64,000 nt of DNA. Origin: an uncultured Atopobium sp. GTDB lineage: Bacteria; Actinomycetota; Coriobacteriia; Coriobacteriales; Atopobiaceae. This document shows positions 19,999-30,374 of the stretch, piece by piece. The DNA lies in the NCBI GenBank assembly GCA_938023105.1, contig CALHDX010000110.1, forward strand, positions 2,274-66,273, read 5' to 3'. Both the position numbers and the translations under genes were made by a program. The notes under the pieces are model-generated. The model searched no databases, was not told the origin of the DNA, and saw only the letters and a list, made by a program, of their open reading frames with translations. How positions within the stretch are numbered: position 1 is the first letter of the stretch; the number at the start of each line of letters is the position of its first letter.

Positions 19999-21039
19999 AT
20001 GACGCTTTTTAAGTATCTAAAAAATCGAACTATTTTCTTTATTGCGCTTATAGCGAGCAGCACGTTAATTGGCTTTATGCTTAAGGGCGTTGGGCTTAAC
20101 GCGTTTGCTATTGCCTACTGTATTTTGGTTTTATGGGTAGTGGGAGCAGCTGCACTATTAGCCGATTATTTTCATCGTCGTTGGTTTTACCAGCAGCTTG
20201 CTGAGAATTTAGCAGCAACTGATAAAGAGAGCTATCTGGTTCCTACCATGCTGGACACGCCTTCAACGCTGGAAGAACAGCTTTTTAAAGATGCACTTTC
20301 AAGCATGTCCAAGTCTATGATGGACCAGCTTGCTGATGAGCATATGCGATCGAAGGAATATCGTGAGTACATTGAGATGTGGGTGCATGAGATTAAAACT
20401 CCCATCGCTGCAGCTCATTTGGTTGCTCAGAATAATCCATCGCTACCTATGGATGACGTGCAAACGCAACTTACCAAGATTGAAACTCTGGTAGAACAAG
20501 CTCTCTATTATGCGCGTAGCGCGTCCGTGGACCGAGATTTTTCTATTCGAGACGTTAATCTGCAGTCCATCGTAAAAGATGCTCTTAAAAACAACGCACG
20601 CGTCTTCATTGACGCTGGTGTTTCTCCGCATTTTGATGATTTGGCTCATGTGGTCAAGGCTGACCCAAAATGGCTTGAATTTATTTTGCGACAGCTCCTA
20701 ATTAACGCTACAAAGTATTCAAATCCAGAGCTTGCACCTGGCGAGAAGAACGTTTGGATTTCTGCCTCTGTCTCAGAGCCACGTGAGGGAACTACTTCAA
20801 CCACTCTCTTCATTAAGGATAATGGCATTGGTATTCCTGAAGAGGATCTTTCTCGAATTTTTGATAAGGGATTTACCGGCCAAAATGGACGTAAGTACGC
20901 AAAATCTACCGGTATGGGCCTCTATCTCTGCTATGAACTCTGTAAGAAAATGGGCCTTAAGCTGGCTGTCAGTAGTACAATTGGTAAAGGTTCAACCTTT
21001 TCTATTACGTTTAATCAGTCCTTCACGGATTTAAAATGA
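19999..21039 (+). CDS. Intramembrane-sensing histidine kinase (BceS/GraS-like)
   Basis: Two closely spaced TMs, WVHEIKTP H-box, NATKY, DNGIGI, GFTG, GMGL. Confidence 0.92.
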   Translation: MTLFKYLKNRTIFFIALIASSTLIGFMLKGVGLNAFAIAYCILVLWVVGAAALLADYFHRRWFYQQLAENLAATDKESYLVPTMLDTPSTLEEQLFKDALSSMSKSMMDQLADEHMRSKEYREYIEMWVHEIKTPIAAAHLVAQNNPSLPMDDVQTQLTKIETLVEQALYYARSASVDRDFSIRDVNLQSIVKDALKNNARVFIDAGVSPHFDDLAHVVKADPKWLEFILRQLLINATKYSNPELAPGEKNVWISASVSEPREGTTSTTLFIKDNGIGIPEEDLSRIFDKGFTGQNGRKYAKSTGMGLYLCYELCKKMGLKLAVSSTIGKGSTFSITFNQSFTDLK

Positions 21040-21065
21040 AGCTGTAACTTTTAACAGCAATTGCG

Positions 21066-22067
21066 TTAGTTCTCAATTAGAAGCTCCCACAATTCATCCG
21101 TTTGAGGATCGCTTCCTACTGGGAAGGTATGCTGACTAAAGCGCTTGAATCCCCAATGTGAATAAAATGCCTTAGCAGGCTCATTGTGTTCCCAAACACC
21201 CAGCCACACGCGTTTTTTGCCCTTATCTTTTGCTAAATCAAGGGAAAATTTCATGAGCTTTGATCCAAGGTGCAGGCCTTTAAAACGCGGAAGGATATAC
21301 AGGCGCTCAATTTCAAGTGAATCATCACGTTGACCTTCGGTTTGCTCATAACGCGTATTGAGCTTCAGGTAACCAGCTACTTGACCTTCTACCTCAATAA
21401 AATAAAAATATGAGTGTTTAGCAGATAGCTCTCGAGCAAGCTTTTCTGTGTTGTAGAGCGAGTCAATGCAACTTGCTAAATCATCTGCTGTATTTGAGTC
21501 AATAAAAGTGTCTACAAATGTCTCTACGCTAAGCTTCTGCAGTGTGCGCAAATCGGCAGCTTCAAGCGGTCGAATAGATACATGAGCATCATCAATGTTG
21601 ATGGTGTTTCTTGTCTGACGATATGCATCAAGGTCAAAGGAGAGCAAATGGTGGAGGACGCCAAAGTGATCAAGCACCTTAGAAGATACCTGCGTAAACC
21701 CAGCGTGCTCGTAGAAGGGCTGAGCTTTGAGTTGCGATTCAACTAACACCTTGGAAGCACTATTTTCTTGTGCCAGGTAATCAAGGGTATCGTGCAACAG
21801 CTTTGAGCCAATACCAGCGCCTTTGTTGTTGACGCATACGCGCCCAATAAGAGGGGAGTTGTAGGACTGCCCTGCATCAATGATGCGCAAATATGCAGCT
21901 ACCGAGTCAGTATCTTGATAAAAGACATGGGTAGAAACTTGATCAACGTTATCAAGATCGTTGTACATAATCTGCTGATCAACAATAAACGTTTCTGCTC
22001 TTAGAGAAAGAATTTGATATAACTCTTTAGCGGTAAGCTGCCCAAATCTTTTAATTACTGACTGCAT
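21066..22067 (-). CDS. Tandem GNAT acetyltransferase (ElaA-like plus PaiA-like domains)
   Basis: N-half ELYQILSLR/IGRV; C-half EIERLY, WLGVWEHN, FYSHWGF, F.VGSD.QTD; GGAGGGG RBS. Confidence 0.85.
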   Translation of the reverse strand: MQSVIKRFGQLTAKELYQILSLRAETFIVDQQIMYNDLDNVDQVSTHVFYQDTDSVAAYLRIIDAGQSYNSPLIGRVCVNNKGAGIGSKLLHDTLDYLAQENSASKVLVESQLKAQPFYEHAGFTQVSSKVLDHFGVLHHLLSFDLDAYRQTRNTINIDDAHVSIRPLEAADLRTLQKLSVETFVDTFIDSNTADDLASCIDSLYNTEKLARELSAKHSYFYFIEVEGQVAGYLKLNTRYEQTEGQRDDSLEIERLYILPRFKGLHLGSKLMKFSLDLAKDKGKKRVWLGVWEHNEPAKAFYSHWGFKRFSQHTFPVGSDPQTDELWELLIEN

Positions 22068-22114
22068 AGCATGCCCCTCCCGTATGCTTGATAGTGATAT
22101 TTTGACACATCAAA

Positions 22115-22143
22115 GTGAGAAAAGCGTAAGGTTTCTGTAAGGT
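22115..22143 (+). promoter_or_regulatory. Putative response-regulator binding site upstream of ABC transporter
   Basis: GTGAGAA/GTAAGGT/GTAAGGT at 22115, 22126, 22137 (11-bp period). Confidence 0.5.
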
Positions 22144-22219
22144 CAATCGATGGCAACGTGAACGGTAGTGACGGAGTATATATCTCAAGATTTACTCGCT
22201 CCCAATGAAAGGACGCAAC

Positions 22220-23050
22220 ATGGTAGCTACTCAATCAGCTCCAACTCAGCCAACTGTTGTGGCTGGACAATCTTCAGCACTTACTCCTCACACCGTTTTG
22301 GTTTGTCAAAACCTCGAGAAGTACTATGGAACTCGTGGAAATATCACTAAGGCGCTGGACGGCATTAATCTTTCTGTAGCTCGCGGTGAGTTTATCGCTA
22401 TCATGGGTCCTTCTGGTTCTGGCAAAACTACACTTTTGAACTGCATCTCTACCATTGATCAGGCATCTGCAGGCCACATCTTTATTGATGACCAAGAGCT
22501 TTCCAGCCTGCGCGGCGCAGAGCTTTCTGCCTTTAGACGTGACCGCTTGGGCTTTATTTTCCAGGACGCAAACCTGCTTGATAGCCTTACTGCTCGCGAG
22601 AATATTGCACTCTCACTAACTATTGGTCATGTTCGTGCTCAGGAAGTTTTGGAGCGCGTAGAAAACGTTGCAAAACTGCTCCAGATTTCCGAGGTACTGG
22701 ACAAGTTTCCTTACGAGATGTCCGGAGGCCAGCGTCAGCGTGTTGCTGCAGCTCGAGCAATTGTTACTAACCCTTCGTTGGTTCTGGCAGACGAGCCTAC
22801 CGGCGCGCTTGACTCAAAGAACGCCCGTACACTCCTTGAAAGCCTTGAGAACCTTAATCGCAATGGCGCAACTATTGCCATGGTTACTCACGATTCATAT
22901 GCAGCTTCTTACGCTCATCGCGTTATTTTCATTAAAGATGGTCGCATCTTTAATGAAATAGTTCGTGGCGAGAAGCCCCGTAAGCAGTTCTTTGACCAGA
23001 TCATGGACGTTGTTTCATTCCTGGGAGGAGAGGGTGCTGATGTACAGTAA
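22220..23050 (+). CDS. ABC transporter ATP-binding protein (BceA-like)
   Basis: GPSGSGKTT, MSGGQ, ADEPTGALD, MVTHD. Confidence 0.93.
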   Translation: MVATQSAPTQPTVVAGQSSALTPHTVLVCQNLEKYYGTRGNITKALDGINLSVARGEFIAIMGPSGSGKTTLLNCISTIDQASAGHIFIDDQELSSLRGAELSAFRRDRLGFIFQDANLLDSLTARENIALSLTIGHVRAQEVLERVENVAKLLQISEVLDKFPYEMSGGQRQRVAAARAIVTNPSLVLADEPTGALDSKNARTLLESLENLNRNGATIAMVTHDSYAASYAHRVIFIKDGRIFNEIVRGEKPRKQFFDQIMDVVSFLGGEGADVQ

Positions 23051-25145
23051 AATCGCGCTTGGCAACGTCAAGAAATCACTGCGCGATTTCAGCATTTACT
23101 TTCTGACCTTGGCGGTAGGCGTTGCACTATTTTATTCTTTCAATTCAATTACGCAGCAATCTATGGTGTTGAATCTTTCTGAAGATCAGCGAAACATTGT
23201 TCAGCTTTTGAGTAATACCATTTCTGGAGTAAGCGTTTTTCTTGCCGTTATTATGGGATTTCTTGTTGTCTACGCTAATCAGTTTTTGATTCGTCGTAGG
23301 AAAAAAGAATTTGGTATGTATCAGATACTGGGCATGACCAAGAGAAATGTCTCAAAGATTATGAGTATTGAGACACTGTTTGTTGGTTTTCTTGCCCTGG
23401 TAGTTGGACTTGTTGCAGGTATTTTTATCTCTCAATTTATGATGTTTGCAACGGCCCACATGTTTAACACAACTCTTGATTCATTCAAATTTGTATTCTC
23501 GCAAACTGCACTGATTCAAACGGTTATTTACTTTGTGGTTATGTTTGTGGTTGCACTGATTTTTAACGTTACCACGGTTTCCCGCTACAAGCTCATTGAC
23601 CTTCTTAACGCAGACAAAGTAACTCAGACCGTTAAGGTAAGAAACCTTACCATCTCTGTACTGCTCTTCTTGGCCTCTCTTGGAATCATTGCTTATTCCT
23701 ATATCTTGCTTCAGCACAATGGTTTAAAACAGATAGATGAAGAGTTTGCCATGGCTACTGCTTTGGTATCTGTGGGCACAGCACTCTTTTTCTTCTCAAT
23801 CTCTGGTTTCTTGCTCAGATTTATGCAGATGCAGAAGGGCTTCTACTACAAGGGTCTTCACTCATTTATCCTGCGTCAGTTTAATGCCCGCGTTAATACT
23901 GCTTGGGTTTCTATCTCTTTAGTCTGCGCTATGCTCTTTGTGGCAGTCTGTGGACTTGGTACGGGTTTCTCGCTTGTTGACTCTATGAATGCTGGCTTCT
24001 CTAAGCTCAAAACGTACGATGTTTCTGTAGCAATCAATCCAGGCTCAGAGCGCAGTTATACCCCTGGTCCAGCGGACCCATATGATTACCTTTCTGTAGT
24101 GCAGAAGCTAGATCCAGAGTGGAATAAAACTATCAAAAACGCCTTCCAGGTTGATACGTACTACGCTCAAGATGATCCAACAACACCAAGCTTTACGTAT
24201 AGCTCTATTGATGCGGTAACAGGCAAGCGCTTTGATGATTACTTTACCGGCTATAGCGGTCAGGGAGATCCTGCGCAGAGCAATGTGACTCTGATGCGAG
24301 CCTCTCAGTACAACAAGCTGCGTGTTGCGTCTGGTCTTGAGCCTGTTGACTTTGGTACTGATGGTTATATGGTTTGGACGCTTGATACTAATCTCACAAA
24401 ATACTGGCAGGATTCTCTTGCAAATAATCCTGAGCTTACCATTCAAGGTCACAAGCTCCATGCTGTTGGTGGAACACTGGATATTGCTCAGACGCAAGGT
24501 GGCCCTCATCTTATGCCTGTAGCTGGAATTGTGGTTGTTGCTGATCAAAGTTTCCCTTCAAGCACCGTTTTGACCAACTCATACATCTTAGGCAACTACC
24601 AAACTCCAGGTGATGCTACTGAAACACAGTTCCAGGGTCAAATTAAACAGTACTTAGGCGATGGCGGCGTAACTGGAGGTGATTCCGACCCATATTCTTT
24701 AATGCTTGTTGTTACTGCCTCTCAATATATTCAAGGTACTGCTGGATTCTCTGGTATTGTGACGTATCTGGCACTGTATATTGGCCTGGTACTCTTTATT
24801 GCTTGCGCTGCTATTCTGGCACTTCAGCAACTCTCGGAGGCATCGGACAATGCTCGCGCCTATCAAGTTCTTGCAGAGCTTGGTGCCGAGAAAGGCCTTG
24901 CAAGTCGTGCACTCTTTGTTCAGATTGGCGTGTACTTCTTGTTCCCGCTGCTTATGGCAGCTGCGCACGCTACCTGTGCGATGTCAATTATGGTCTCTGT
25001 TATTAAGTCAATCGGTAACTTTGATGTAGCCAGTAGTATTGGTGGAGTGGTTGCAGTAGTAGCTGCTCTCTATGGTGGATATTTCTTAGTTACTTACTTT
25101 GCTGCACGTTCAATCATCTTTAGGGGCGCTAAGAGAATGCAGTAA
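23040..25145 (+). CDS. FtsX-like ABC permease (BceB-like)
   Basis: RRKKEFGMYQILGM; about 10 TM with a large extracellular loop. Confidence 0.9.
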   Translation: MYSKIALGNVKKSLRDFSIYFLTLAVGVALFYSFNSITQQSMVLNLSEDQRNIVQLLSNTISGVSVFLAVIMGFLVVYANQFLIRRRKKEFGMYQILGMTKRNVSKIMSIETLFVGFLALVVGLVAGIFISQFMMFATAHMFNTTLDSFKFVFSQTALIQTVIYFVVMFVVALIFNVTTVSRYKLIDLLNADKVTQTVKVRNLTISVLLFLASLGIIAYSYILLQHNGLKQIDEEFAMATALVSVGTALFFFSISGFLLRFMQMQKGFYYKGLHSFILRQFNARVNTAWVSISLVCAMLFVAVCGLGTGFSLVDSMNAGFSKLKTYDVSVAINPGSERSYTPGPADPYDYLSVVQKLDPEWNKTIKNAFQVDTYYAQDDPTTPSFTYSSIDAVTGKRFDDYFTGYSGQGDPAQSNVTLMRASQYNKLRVASGLEPVDFGTDGYMVWTLDTNLTKYWQDSLANNPELTIQGHKLHAVGGTLDIAQTQGGPHLMPVAGIVVVADQSFPSSTVLTNSYILGNYQTPGDATETQFQGQIKQYLGDGGVTGGDSDPYSLMLVVTASQYIQGTAGFSGIVTYLALYIGLVLFIACAAILALQQLSEASDNARAYQVLAELGAEKGLASRALFVQIGVYFLFPLLMAAAHATCAMSIMVSVIKSIGNFDVASSIGGVVAVVAALYGGYFLVTYFAARSIIFRGAKRMQ

Positions 25146-25175
25146 GTTGCACTTTCGTGTTGTAAATTCGTGAAA

Positions 25176-25213
25176 GAAGGACGGATGTTTCTCTGTGGAG
25201 CATTCGTCCTTCT
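25176..25213 (+). terminator. Stem-loop after ABC permease
   Basis: GAAGGACGGATG...CATTCGTCCTTC inverted repeat. Confidence 0.55.
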
Positions 25214-25280
25214 CGCTTAGGTAAAATAGAAACGTTATGTCAGATGGTATCTGTGCAGAGCACATACTCAAGGAGGCATC

Positions 25281-25844
25281 ATGGGTCTTTGGTCAAAGGT
25301 TAGAAATGTGTTTGTTCCTTCTAATGGAACAGAGCAGCCTCAGAAGGCTACATTTGCTACCAGGGAAGACACTATCTATGCACCAGTTTCTGGTGTTCTG
25401 GTAAGCGTACAAGAGGTTCACGATGAGGTAATCTCAAGCGGTCTCTTTGGCCAGGGTTATGGCATTTTGCCCGTTGGTCTTGATTGCGTCTATGCTCCTT
25501 GTAATGCCCGCGTTACCGCAACAAACGTAACCAATCATTCAATTGGTCTTACCACCGATACAGGTATTGAGATTTTGATTCACATTGGTGTTGGTACCAT
25601 TGAGATGAACGGCAAGGGTTTTACTCGTTACGTTCACGCTAATGATGAGGTCAAGGCTGGTACTCCACTGATTTCGTTTGACGCTGCTGCCATTGAAGAG
25701 GCAGGATATGAGAACGTTGTGGTTGTTACCGTTGTTAACGCAGATACGTATGAGCGCATTGACCTCATTGGTGAGTCCGGAACACTGATTGGTGGTCGTC
25801 CACTGGTTAAGATTGGCGATCCTCTGATGTGCGTCAAACACTAG
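25281..25844 (+). CDS. PTS EIIA component (glucose family)
   Basis: IYAPVSG, HSIG, EILIHIG phospho-His motif. Confidence 0.88.
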   Translation: MGLWSKVRNVFVPSNGTEQPQKATFATREDTIYAPVSGVLVSVQEVHDEVISSGLFGQGYGILPVGLDCVYAPCNARVTATNVTNHSIGLTTDTGIEILIHIGVGTIEMNGKGFTRYVHANDEVKAGTPLISFDAAAIEEAGYENVVVVTVVNADTYERIDLIGESGTLIGGRPLVKIGDPLMCVKH

Positions 25845-25886
25845 GGTTTCTCGCCAGCAAAACATCTGCAATAAACGAGGTTTTAC

Positions 25887-26948
25887 ATGCTTAGAGTTAC
25901 TAAGGCAATTCTTCACGTCTTTGATTTTGAGACGGGAACTAAATACTTCTCTCAATCTACTTTGGATTTAGAGGACCGTCAGACAAAGTCATACGTACAG
26001 CGTAGACTGCGCAAGATTACGGCAAATCCAGAGTCCAGGCACGGAGAGTTTGCTCCTACCAGCAATTTTGCTGGAGGTCTTCAGGAGTATGCTCACGGAG
26101 ACGTTGAGTTTGTAGAGTTTTCTCACCAGATTGCCCAGTGGTTCTGGGAAGAGCTTCGTCGTGCAGATGACGTTGAACAGTGCGATCTTCTTGTGGCGGA
26201 CTACATTGATACCGATGCAGGTCAGGCGTTTGCCAGTGCCGCTGAGGATGACGAGGATGCTCAGGCTGAGGCATTTGAGGGTGAGGGAAGACGTCTTTTT
26301 GCCATCGTACTTCTTCCACGCAAGCAAGCCTTTATTCATGACGTCAACGGCTCTGCAAATGAGATTTTGCGCCAAGATGCAACACTGCCTTCTCCTACGC
26401 AAAAAGTTGATTCGTATACGGTCATTGACTTGGACACAGGCGCCATTGATTTTCATGATCATGACCGCTCTGTAGCAGGAGAGGGAAAGTTCATCATCCC
26501 AGAGCTCTTCCTTGAGTGTACGTCAGAAGCATCAAGCCATGAGGTTATTGGCGAGGTAACTGTTATTGTTCAAGACTTGGCAGAAGAGTATGGTCTTGAG
26601 CCTGCTGTTGAGGTGTCTCGTGCTAAGGCTGCTGTTGCAGAAGCAGCAGAGGTAGAAGAGGTAGTTGATCCTATCAAGGTTGGTAAGCGCATCTTTGAGG
26701 AGCGTCCTGAGATTCAGGAAAAGTACGAGGCTCAGGTGGCAAGTAGAGAGCTCCCCGAAGAAGTTCCTGTTAAACGCGGTGTTGCTAACAGAATTGCAAA
26801 GAATCATAAAATCCGCACCGATACGGGAATTGAGATTTCATTCCCTTCAAACCTAACAGAACGTCCAGGTTACCTAGAATTTTCTCACGAGTCTGACGGT
26901 AGGATTACCATTTCAATAAAAAATGTTGCACATATTGAAAACCGCTAA
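25887..26948 (+). CDS. Nucleoid-associated protein (YejK/NdpA-like)
   Basis: KAILHVFD start and KIRTDTGIEI...ISIKN end typical of the family. Confidence 0.75.
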   Translation: MLRVTKAILHVFDFETGTKYFSQSTLDLEDRQTKSYVQRRLRKITANPESRHGEFAPTSNFAGGLQEYAHGDVEFVEFSHQIAQWFWEELRRADDVEQCDLLVADYIDTDAGQAFASAAEDDEDAQAEAFEGEGRRLFAIVLLPRKQAFIHDVNGSANEILRQDATLPSPTQKVDSYTVIDLDTGAIDFHDHDRSVAGEGKFIIPELFLECTSEASSHEVIGEVTVIVQDLAEEYGLEPAVEVSRAKAAVAEAAEVEEVVDPIKVGKRIFEERPEIQEKYEAQVASRELPEEVPVKRGVANRIAKNHKIRTDTGIEISFPSNLTERPGYLEFSHESDGRITISIKNVAHIENR

Positions 26949-26979
26949 ATCCTATCTCTGACCTCACAATTTAGAGTCA

Positions 26980-27009
26980 AAACTCTCCGAAATTTGTTTC
27001 GGGGAGTTT
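26980..27009 (+). terminator. Probable intrinsic terminator
   Basis: AAACTCTCCGAAA...TTTCGGGGAGTTT. Confidence 0.6.
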
Positions 27010-27104
27010 GTAAATTACGTATCTTTTTGAATATCATCGTGTATCTCGGGTAGAATAGTCTCTCAAAGGTCACACCGTACTACTAAACGTTCTAGGAGAC
27101 CCTT

Positions 27105-28346
27105 ATGAGTTTAAAGAAACAGCAAAGCACAACCATTGAGGAGCAGAGCGCTGCTCTTTTCAATCGTCGTGATGCTCTTAAGATTTTTGCCGGCATGGGC
27201 ATTGCTGCCGCTGCCGTTACCGCATCTCTGATCAATACCCGTCCTGCTTTTGGTGTTACCCAGGCTCAGATTGATGCTGCTCGTAGCGATTACGATGCTG
27301 CTCAGAAGCTGCTTGATGAGATTTCTAATGAGGTTTCTAGCATGCAGGCAAGCCTCAATGACACTAACTCTCAGATTGGCGCTATTTCTGATCAGATTGC
27401 AGATAAGCAGAATCAGATTGATGCTAAGCAGAAAGAGATTTCTGAAAAGGAAGCTCAGATTGCCGAGAAGAGAAAAGCACTTGGCGCTCGTATGTCCAGC
27501 AACTACAAGGCTGGCCCAGCTGGTGCTTTGGAGATGATTCTTTCTTCTGCAAGCTTTGAGGAGCTCACTTCTAATATTTACTACCTCGATAAGATTTCTG
27601 AGTCCGATCAGAAGATGATTGAGGAAGTTAAGAACCTGAAGGCCGCTCTTGAGTCTGATAAGGCTGCTCTTCAGTCCGAGAAGACCGAGCTAGAGAATAA
27701 GAAGGCTGAACTTGAGAATCTCCGTGCTTCTCAGGAGTCTCAGCTTAATGATATTTCTGCTCGTCAGGCGGATGCTGCAAACGTTGTTGCAAATCTTGAT
27801 GACAACGTAAAAGAGCTTATCGCTCAGCGTGATTCTGAGCTTCTTGCTGCTCAGCAGGAGGCAGAGCGTGTTGCTGCTCAACGTGCTGCTGCATCAAGCA
27901 ACAGCGGTGGTGGTAGTAGCTACTCTGGTGGCGGTGGCGGAGGAGGAACCTCTTCTGCTGGTTCCGGTTCTGCTGCTGCAGTTGTTAATGCTGCGGGCTA
28001 TACCGGATCTACCGGTGCTGGCTTCTGTGCTGCTTGGGTTTCCAATGTCTTCTCAAATGCAGGTGTTGGCACCTTCTATGGCAACGCTTGCGATATGTAC
28101 TATTCCTGGTGCTACTCTACTGACCAGAGTGCTATTGAGCCTGGCATGATTATTGCTGTTCCAACCCTTGGTGGCTCTGCTGCAGCTTTGATTTATGGCC
28201 ACGTTGGCATCTACATTGGTGGCGGTATGGTCAGGCACTGCCTCTCTGGTATTGTAAGAAGCCAGAGCTTGAGTTCTTGGATTTCAGAGCTTGGTGCTTT
28301 GAGTACTCCAAGGTGGGGCTGGCTTGGCGGCGTTGTCCTAAGCTAA
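27105..28346 (+). CDS. Secreted coiled-coil peptidoglycan hydrolase (PcsB/CwlO architecture, CHAP/NlpC-like C-terminus) with Tat signal
   Basis: NRRDALK signal; long coiled coil; Gly/Ser linker; CAAWV and YGHVGIY Cys-His motifs. Confidence 0.82.
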   Translation: MSLKKQQSTTIEEQSAALFNRRDALKIFAGMGIAAAAVTASLINTRPAFGVTQAQIDAARSDYDAAQKLLDEISNEVSSMQASLNDTNSQIGAISDQIADKQNQIDAKQKEISEKEAQIAEKRKALGARMSSNYKAGPAGALEMILSSASFEELTSNIYYLDKISESDQKMIEEVKNLKAALESDKAALQSEKTELENKKAELENLRASQESQLNDISARQADAANVVANLDDNVKELIAQRDSELLAAQQEAERVAAQRAAASSNSGGGSSYSGGGGGGGTSSAGSGSAAAVVNAAGYTGSTGAGFCAAWVSNVFSNAGVGTFYGNACDMYYSWCYSTDQSAIEPGMIIAVPTLGGSAAALIYGHVGIYIGGGMVRHCLSGIVRSQSLSSWISELGALSTPRWGWLGGVVLS

Positions 28347-28489
28347 GGTATTGGTCCCTCATAACTTGTTACGTAAAAGAGCTTGGCTGCATGCAACCAA
28401 GCTCTTTTTGATGTCTCTTTAACGCAAAAAGGAAGGGCGCAGATGCCAGAAGCACCTACGCCCTTCTCGCCCTATAAAGAGGGAGTGGA

Positions 28490-28918
28490 TTACTCTTCAA
28501 CCTCGAGAAGCTCAATGTTGAAGTTAAGGTCTTTACCAGCCATTGGATGGTTGGTGTCAAAGACGATAGTGGTGCCGTCGTTAGAAACAACGGTTGCCAT
28601 AACAGGGTATCCCTCAGGGGTGCCCAGAGTAACCTGCTGACCTGCAACAAGATTCTCAGAGCCTGGAAGCTGAGCTACGGGAACAGGCTGCACTGCCTCT
28701 TCATGGCGCTCACCATATGCCTCTGCTGCTGGAATGTGGACGTCAACAATCTGGCCAACGGTCATATCTTTGACAGCCTCATCAAAACCAGGGATCATCT
28801 GACCAGCCATGCAGGTAAATGCCAGTGGCTCGTTGCGATCACGGGAGGAGTCAAACTTAGTTCCGTCATCAAGAGTGCCTACGTAGTGGACCTTTACCTT
28901 TTTACCTTCGTTGCTCAT
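28490..28918 (-). CDS. FKBP-type peptidyl-prolyl isomerase (SlyD/SlpA-like)
   Basis: VHYVGTLDDGTKFDSS, MIPGFD, AYG, DTNHPMAGKDLNF. Confidence 0.93.
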   Translation of the reverse strand: MSNEGKKVKVHYVGTLDDGTKFDSSRDRNEPLAFTCMAGQMIPGFDEAVKDMTVGQIVDVHIPAAEAYGERHEEAVQPVPVAQLPGSENLVAGQQVTLGTPEGYPVMATVVSNDGTTIVFDTNHPMAGKDLNFNIELLEVEE

Positions 28919-28991
28919 GAAACTCCAATCGTTAAAAACATATCTTTGGCATTCTACCCAAGAGTGACGCAAATCAACCTTTGAATGATAA

Positions 28992-29108
28992 AGGTATACT
29001 ATTGTCTAGTAATGTTTGTATGTTTCATACTATATTTTACCTGCGGTTATGTAAAAAGCTAGTTCGCTAAATTGGTGTGTTTTAGCAAATTAGGACACGC
29101 TAAGGACA
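28992..29108. repeat. Left att site: AGGTATA core (28992-28998) and arm repeats TTAGGACA/TAAGGACA (29090, 29101)
   Basis: Core repeated at 60145; arm repeats match 60075 and 60085. Confidence 0.7.
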
Positions 29109-29230
29109 CAATATCTTATGTCTGTTCTAGGCTTTATATTGGCTAGTTTATAGTTACAAATTCCCAGTTAAACGGCTTGTTGTAAGCCGTTTTAAGGCAC
29201 ACAAATTGCATAGTGGAGTATTTACACATG

Positions 29231-29264
29231 AAAAAAGACCCCTCCTGCCGTAGCAAGAGGGGTT
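29231..29264 (-). terminator. Intrinsic terminator after endolysin
   Basis: ACCCCTC...GAGGGGT stem with U-tract on the minus strand. Confidence 0.7.
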
Positions 29265-29309
29265 GTAAGTCTAGTCTTGCACTCTTCCGAGCAGCTCTAG
29301 ACGTGTTAC

Positions 29310-30374
29310 TTAGTGCAGCGAAGTCAATCGACCAGCATCATCGGTATCAACTTGCACCGTGCTGTCAGCCTGGACAGAGCCGTCAGCGTTGACTGCGTAA
29401 GCGTGGTTGTTGTATACGTGAACGCCAGCAGGAAGCAGGTTGCCATTCTCGGAAGCAAGGTACTTCTTGCCTTCCGCATCGAAGATACCCGTTGCCATAC
29501 GACCATCATTGGCAAAGTAGTAGTCGCAACTTCCAATGTGCTGCATACCTGTCAGCATGGCACATTCTTGAGGTCCTTCTTCCTGGCATAGATAGAACCA
29601 GTCTGTGCCATCAAAATACCAGCCTGTAACTGCGTAACCTCGAGCATCGAAGTAGTACCAGGAACCGCTGATGAACGCCCACTGACTGTAGTAATACGTG
29701 CTTGGACTGGTTGCATACCACCAGCCTGTCGCATTCTTGACCCAGTGTGGCTCAAAGTTAGACTCACCCTGTGCAAGCTGCTCCCACTCTGCATAGGTCA
29801 GTTTCGCGACATCGAGGTCAACAGTACCGCCTGCGCTAGAGTACTGCCAAATGGTCCAGTCGCTCCACGCGCCAGTGTTGTAGATCATGGCAGGCAAGTC
29901 CCACGAGAAGCGATTATCTGGGTACCCTGCAATCCACAGACGTGAGACATCAGCACAAGACGCTACCTGTGAGCGTCCAGCAGGGTAGGTGTATACAACA
30001 GGATAGATGCCTGTCTTAGCGTAGACGCGGTCAACAAACTGCCTTGCCCATACTGTTGAGCCCCACGCGTCATTGTCACCATTCTCCCAGTCTAGACACA
30101 AAAGAGCCTTTCCAATGTAGCTAGAGACGCAAGCAACAAACGCGTCTGCTTCTGCCACAGGGCTGCCACCTTCAGCGTAGTGGTAGACACCAATAAGCTT
30201 GCCATCTGCCAAGGCACGCTGAAGCTGTGCAGTCATGTAGCGGTTCATTGGCTGAGTGCCTTGGGTAGCCTTAGCAATCACGAAATCAGAACCACTGTAG
30301 GCAGTCTCGACATTAGGGTGCGAGTATGTCGCACCCAATGCCTGATAACCGCTAACGTCAATGCCCCTAAGCAT
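29310..30374 (-). CDS. Endolysin: GH25 muramidase plus choline-binding-like (CW) repeats
   Basis: GIDVSGYQ, KATQG, YHYA, LDWE, WQYSS, VDLD; C-terminal WYYFD..G..VTGW repeats. Confidence 0.92.
   Translation of the reverse strand: MLRGIDVSGYQALGATYSHPNVETAYSGSDFVIAKATQGTQPMNRYMTAQLQRALADGKLIGVYHYAEGGSPVAEADAFVACVSSYIGKALLCLDWENGDNDAWGSTVWARQFVDRVYAKTGIYPVVYTYPAGRSQVASCADVSRLWIAGYPDNRFSWDLPAMIYNTGAWSDWTIWQYSSAGGTVDLDVAKLTYAEWEQLAQGESNFEPHWVKNATGWWYATSPSTYYYSQWAFISGSWYYFDARGYAVTGWYFDGTDWFYLCQEEGPQECAMLTGMQHIGSCDYYFANDGRMATGIFDAEGKKYLASENGNLLPAGVHVYNNHAYAVNADGSVQADSTVQVDTDDAGRLTSLH

Noticed and set aside
28920..29300. tRNA/tmRNA or dif site as integration target
   Set aside because: No cloverleaf, T-loop or XerCD consensus at either junction; only the 7-bp core is shared.
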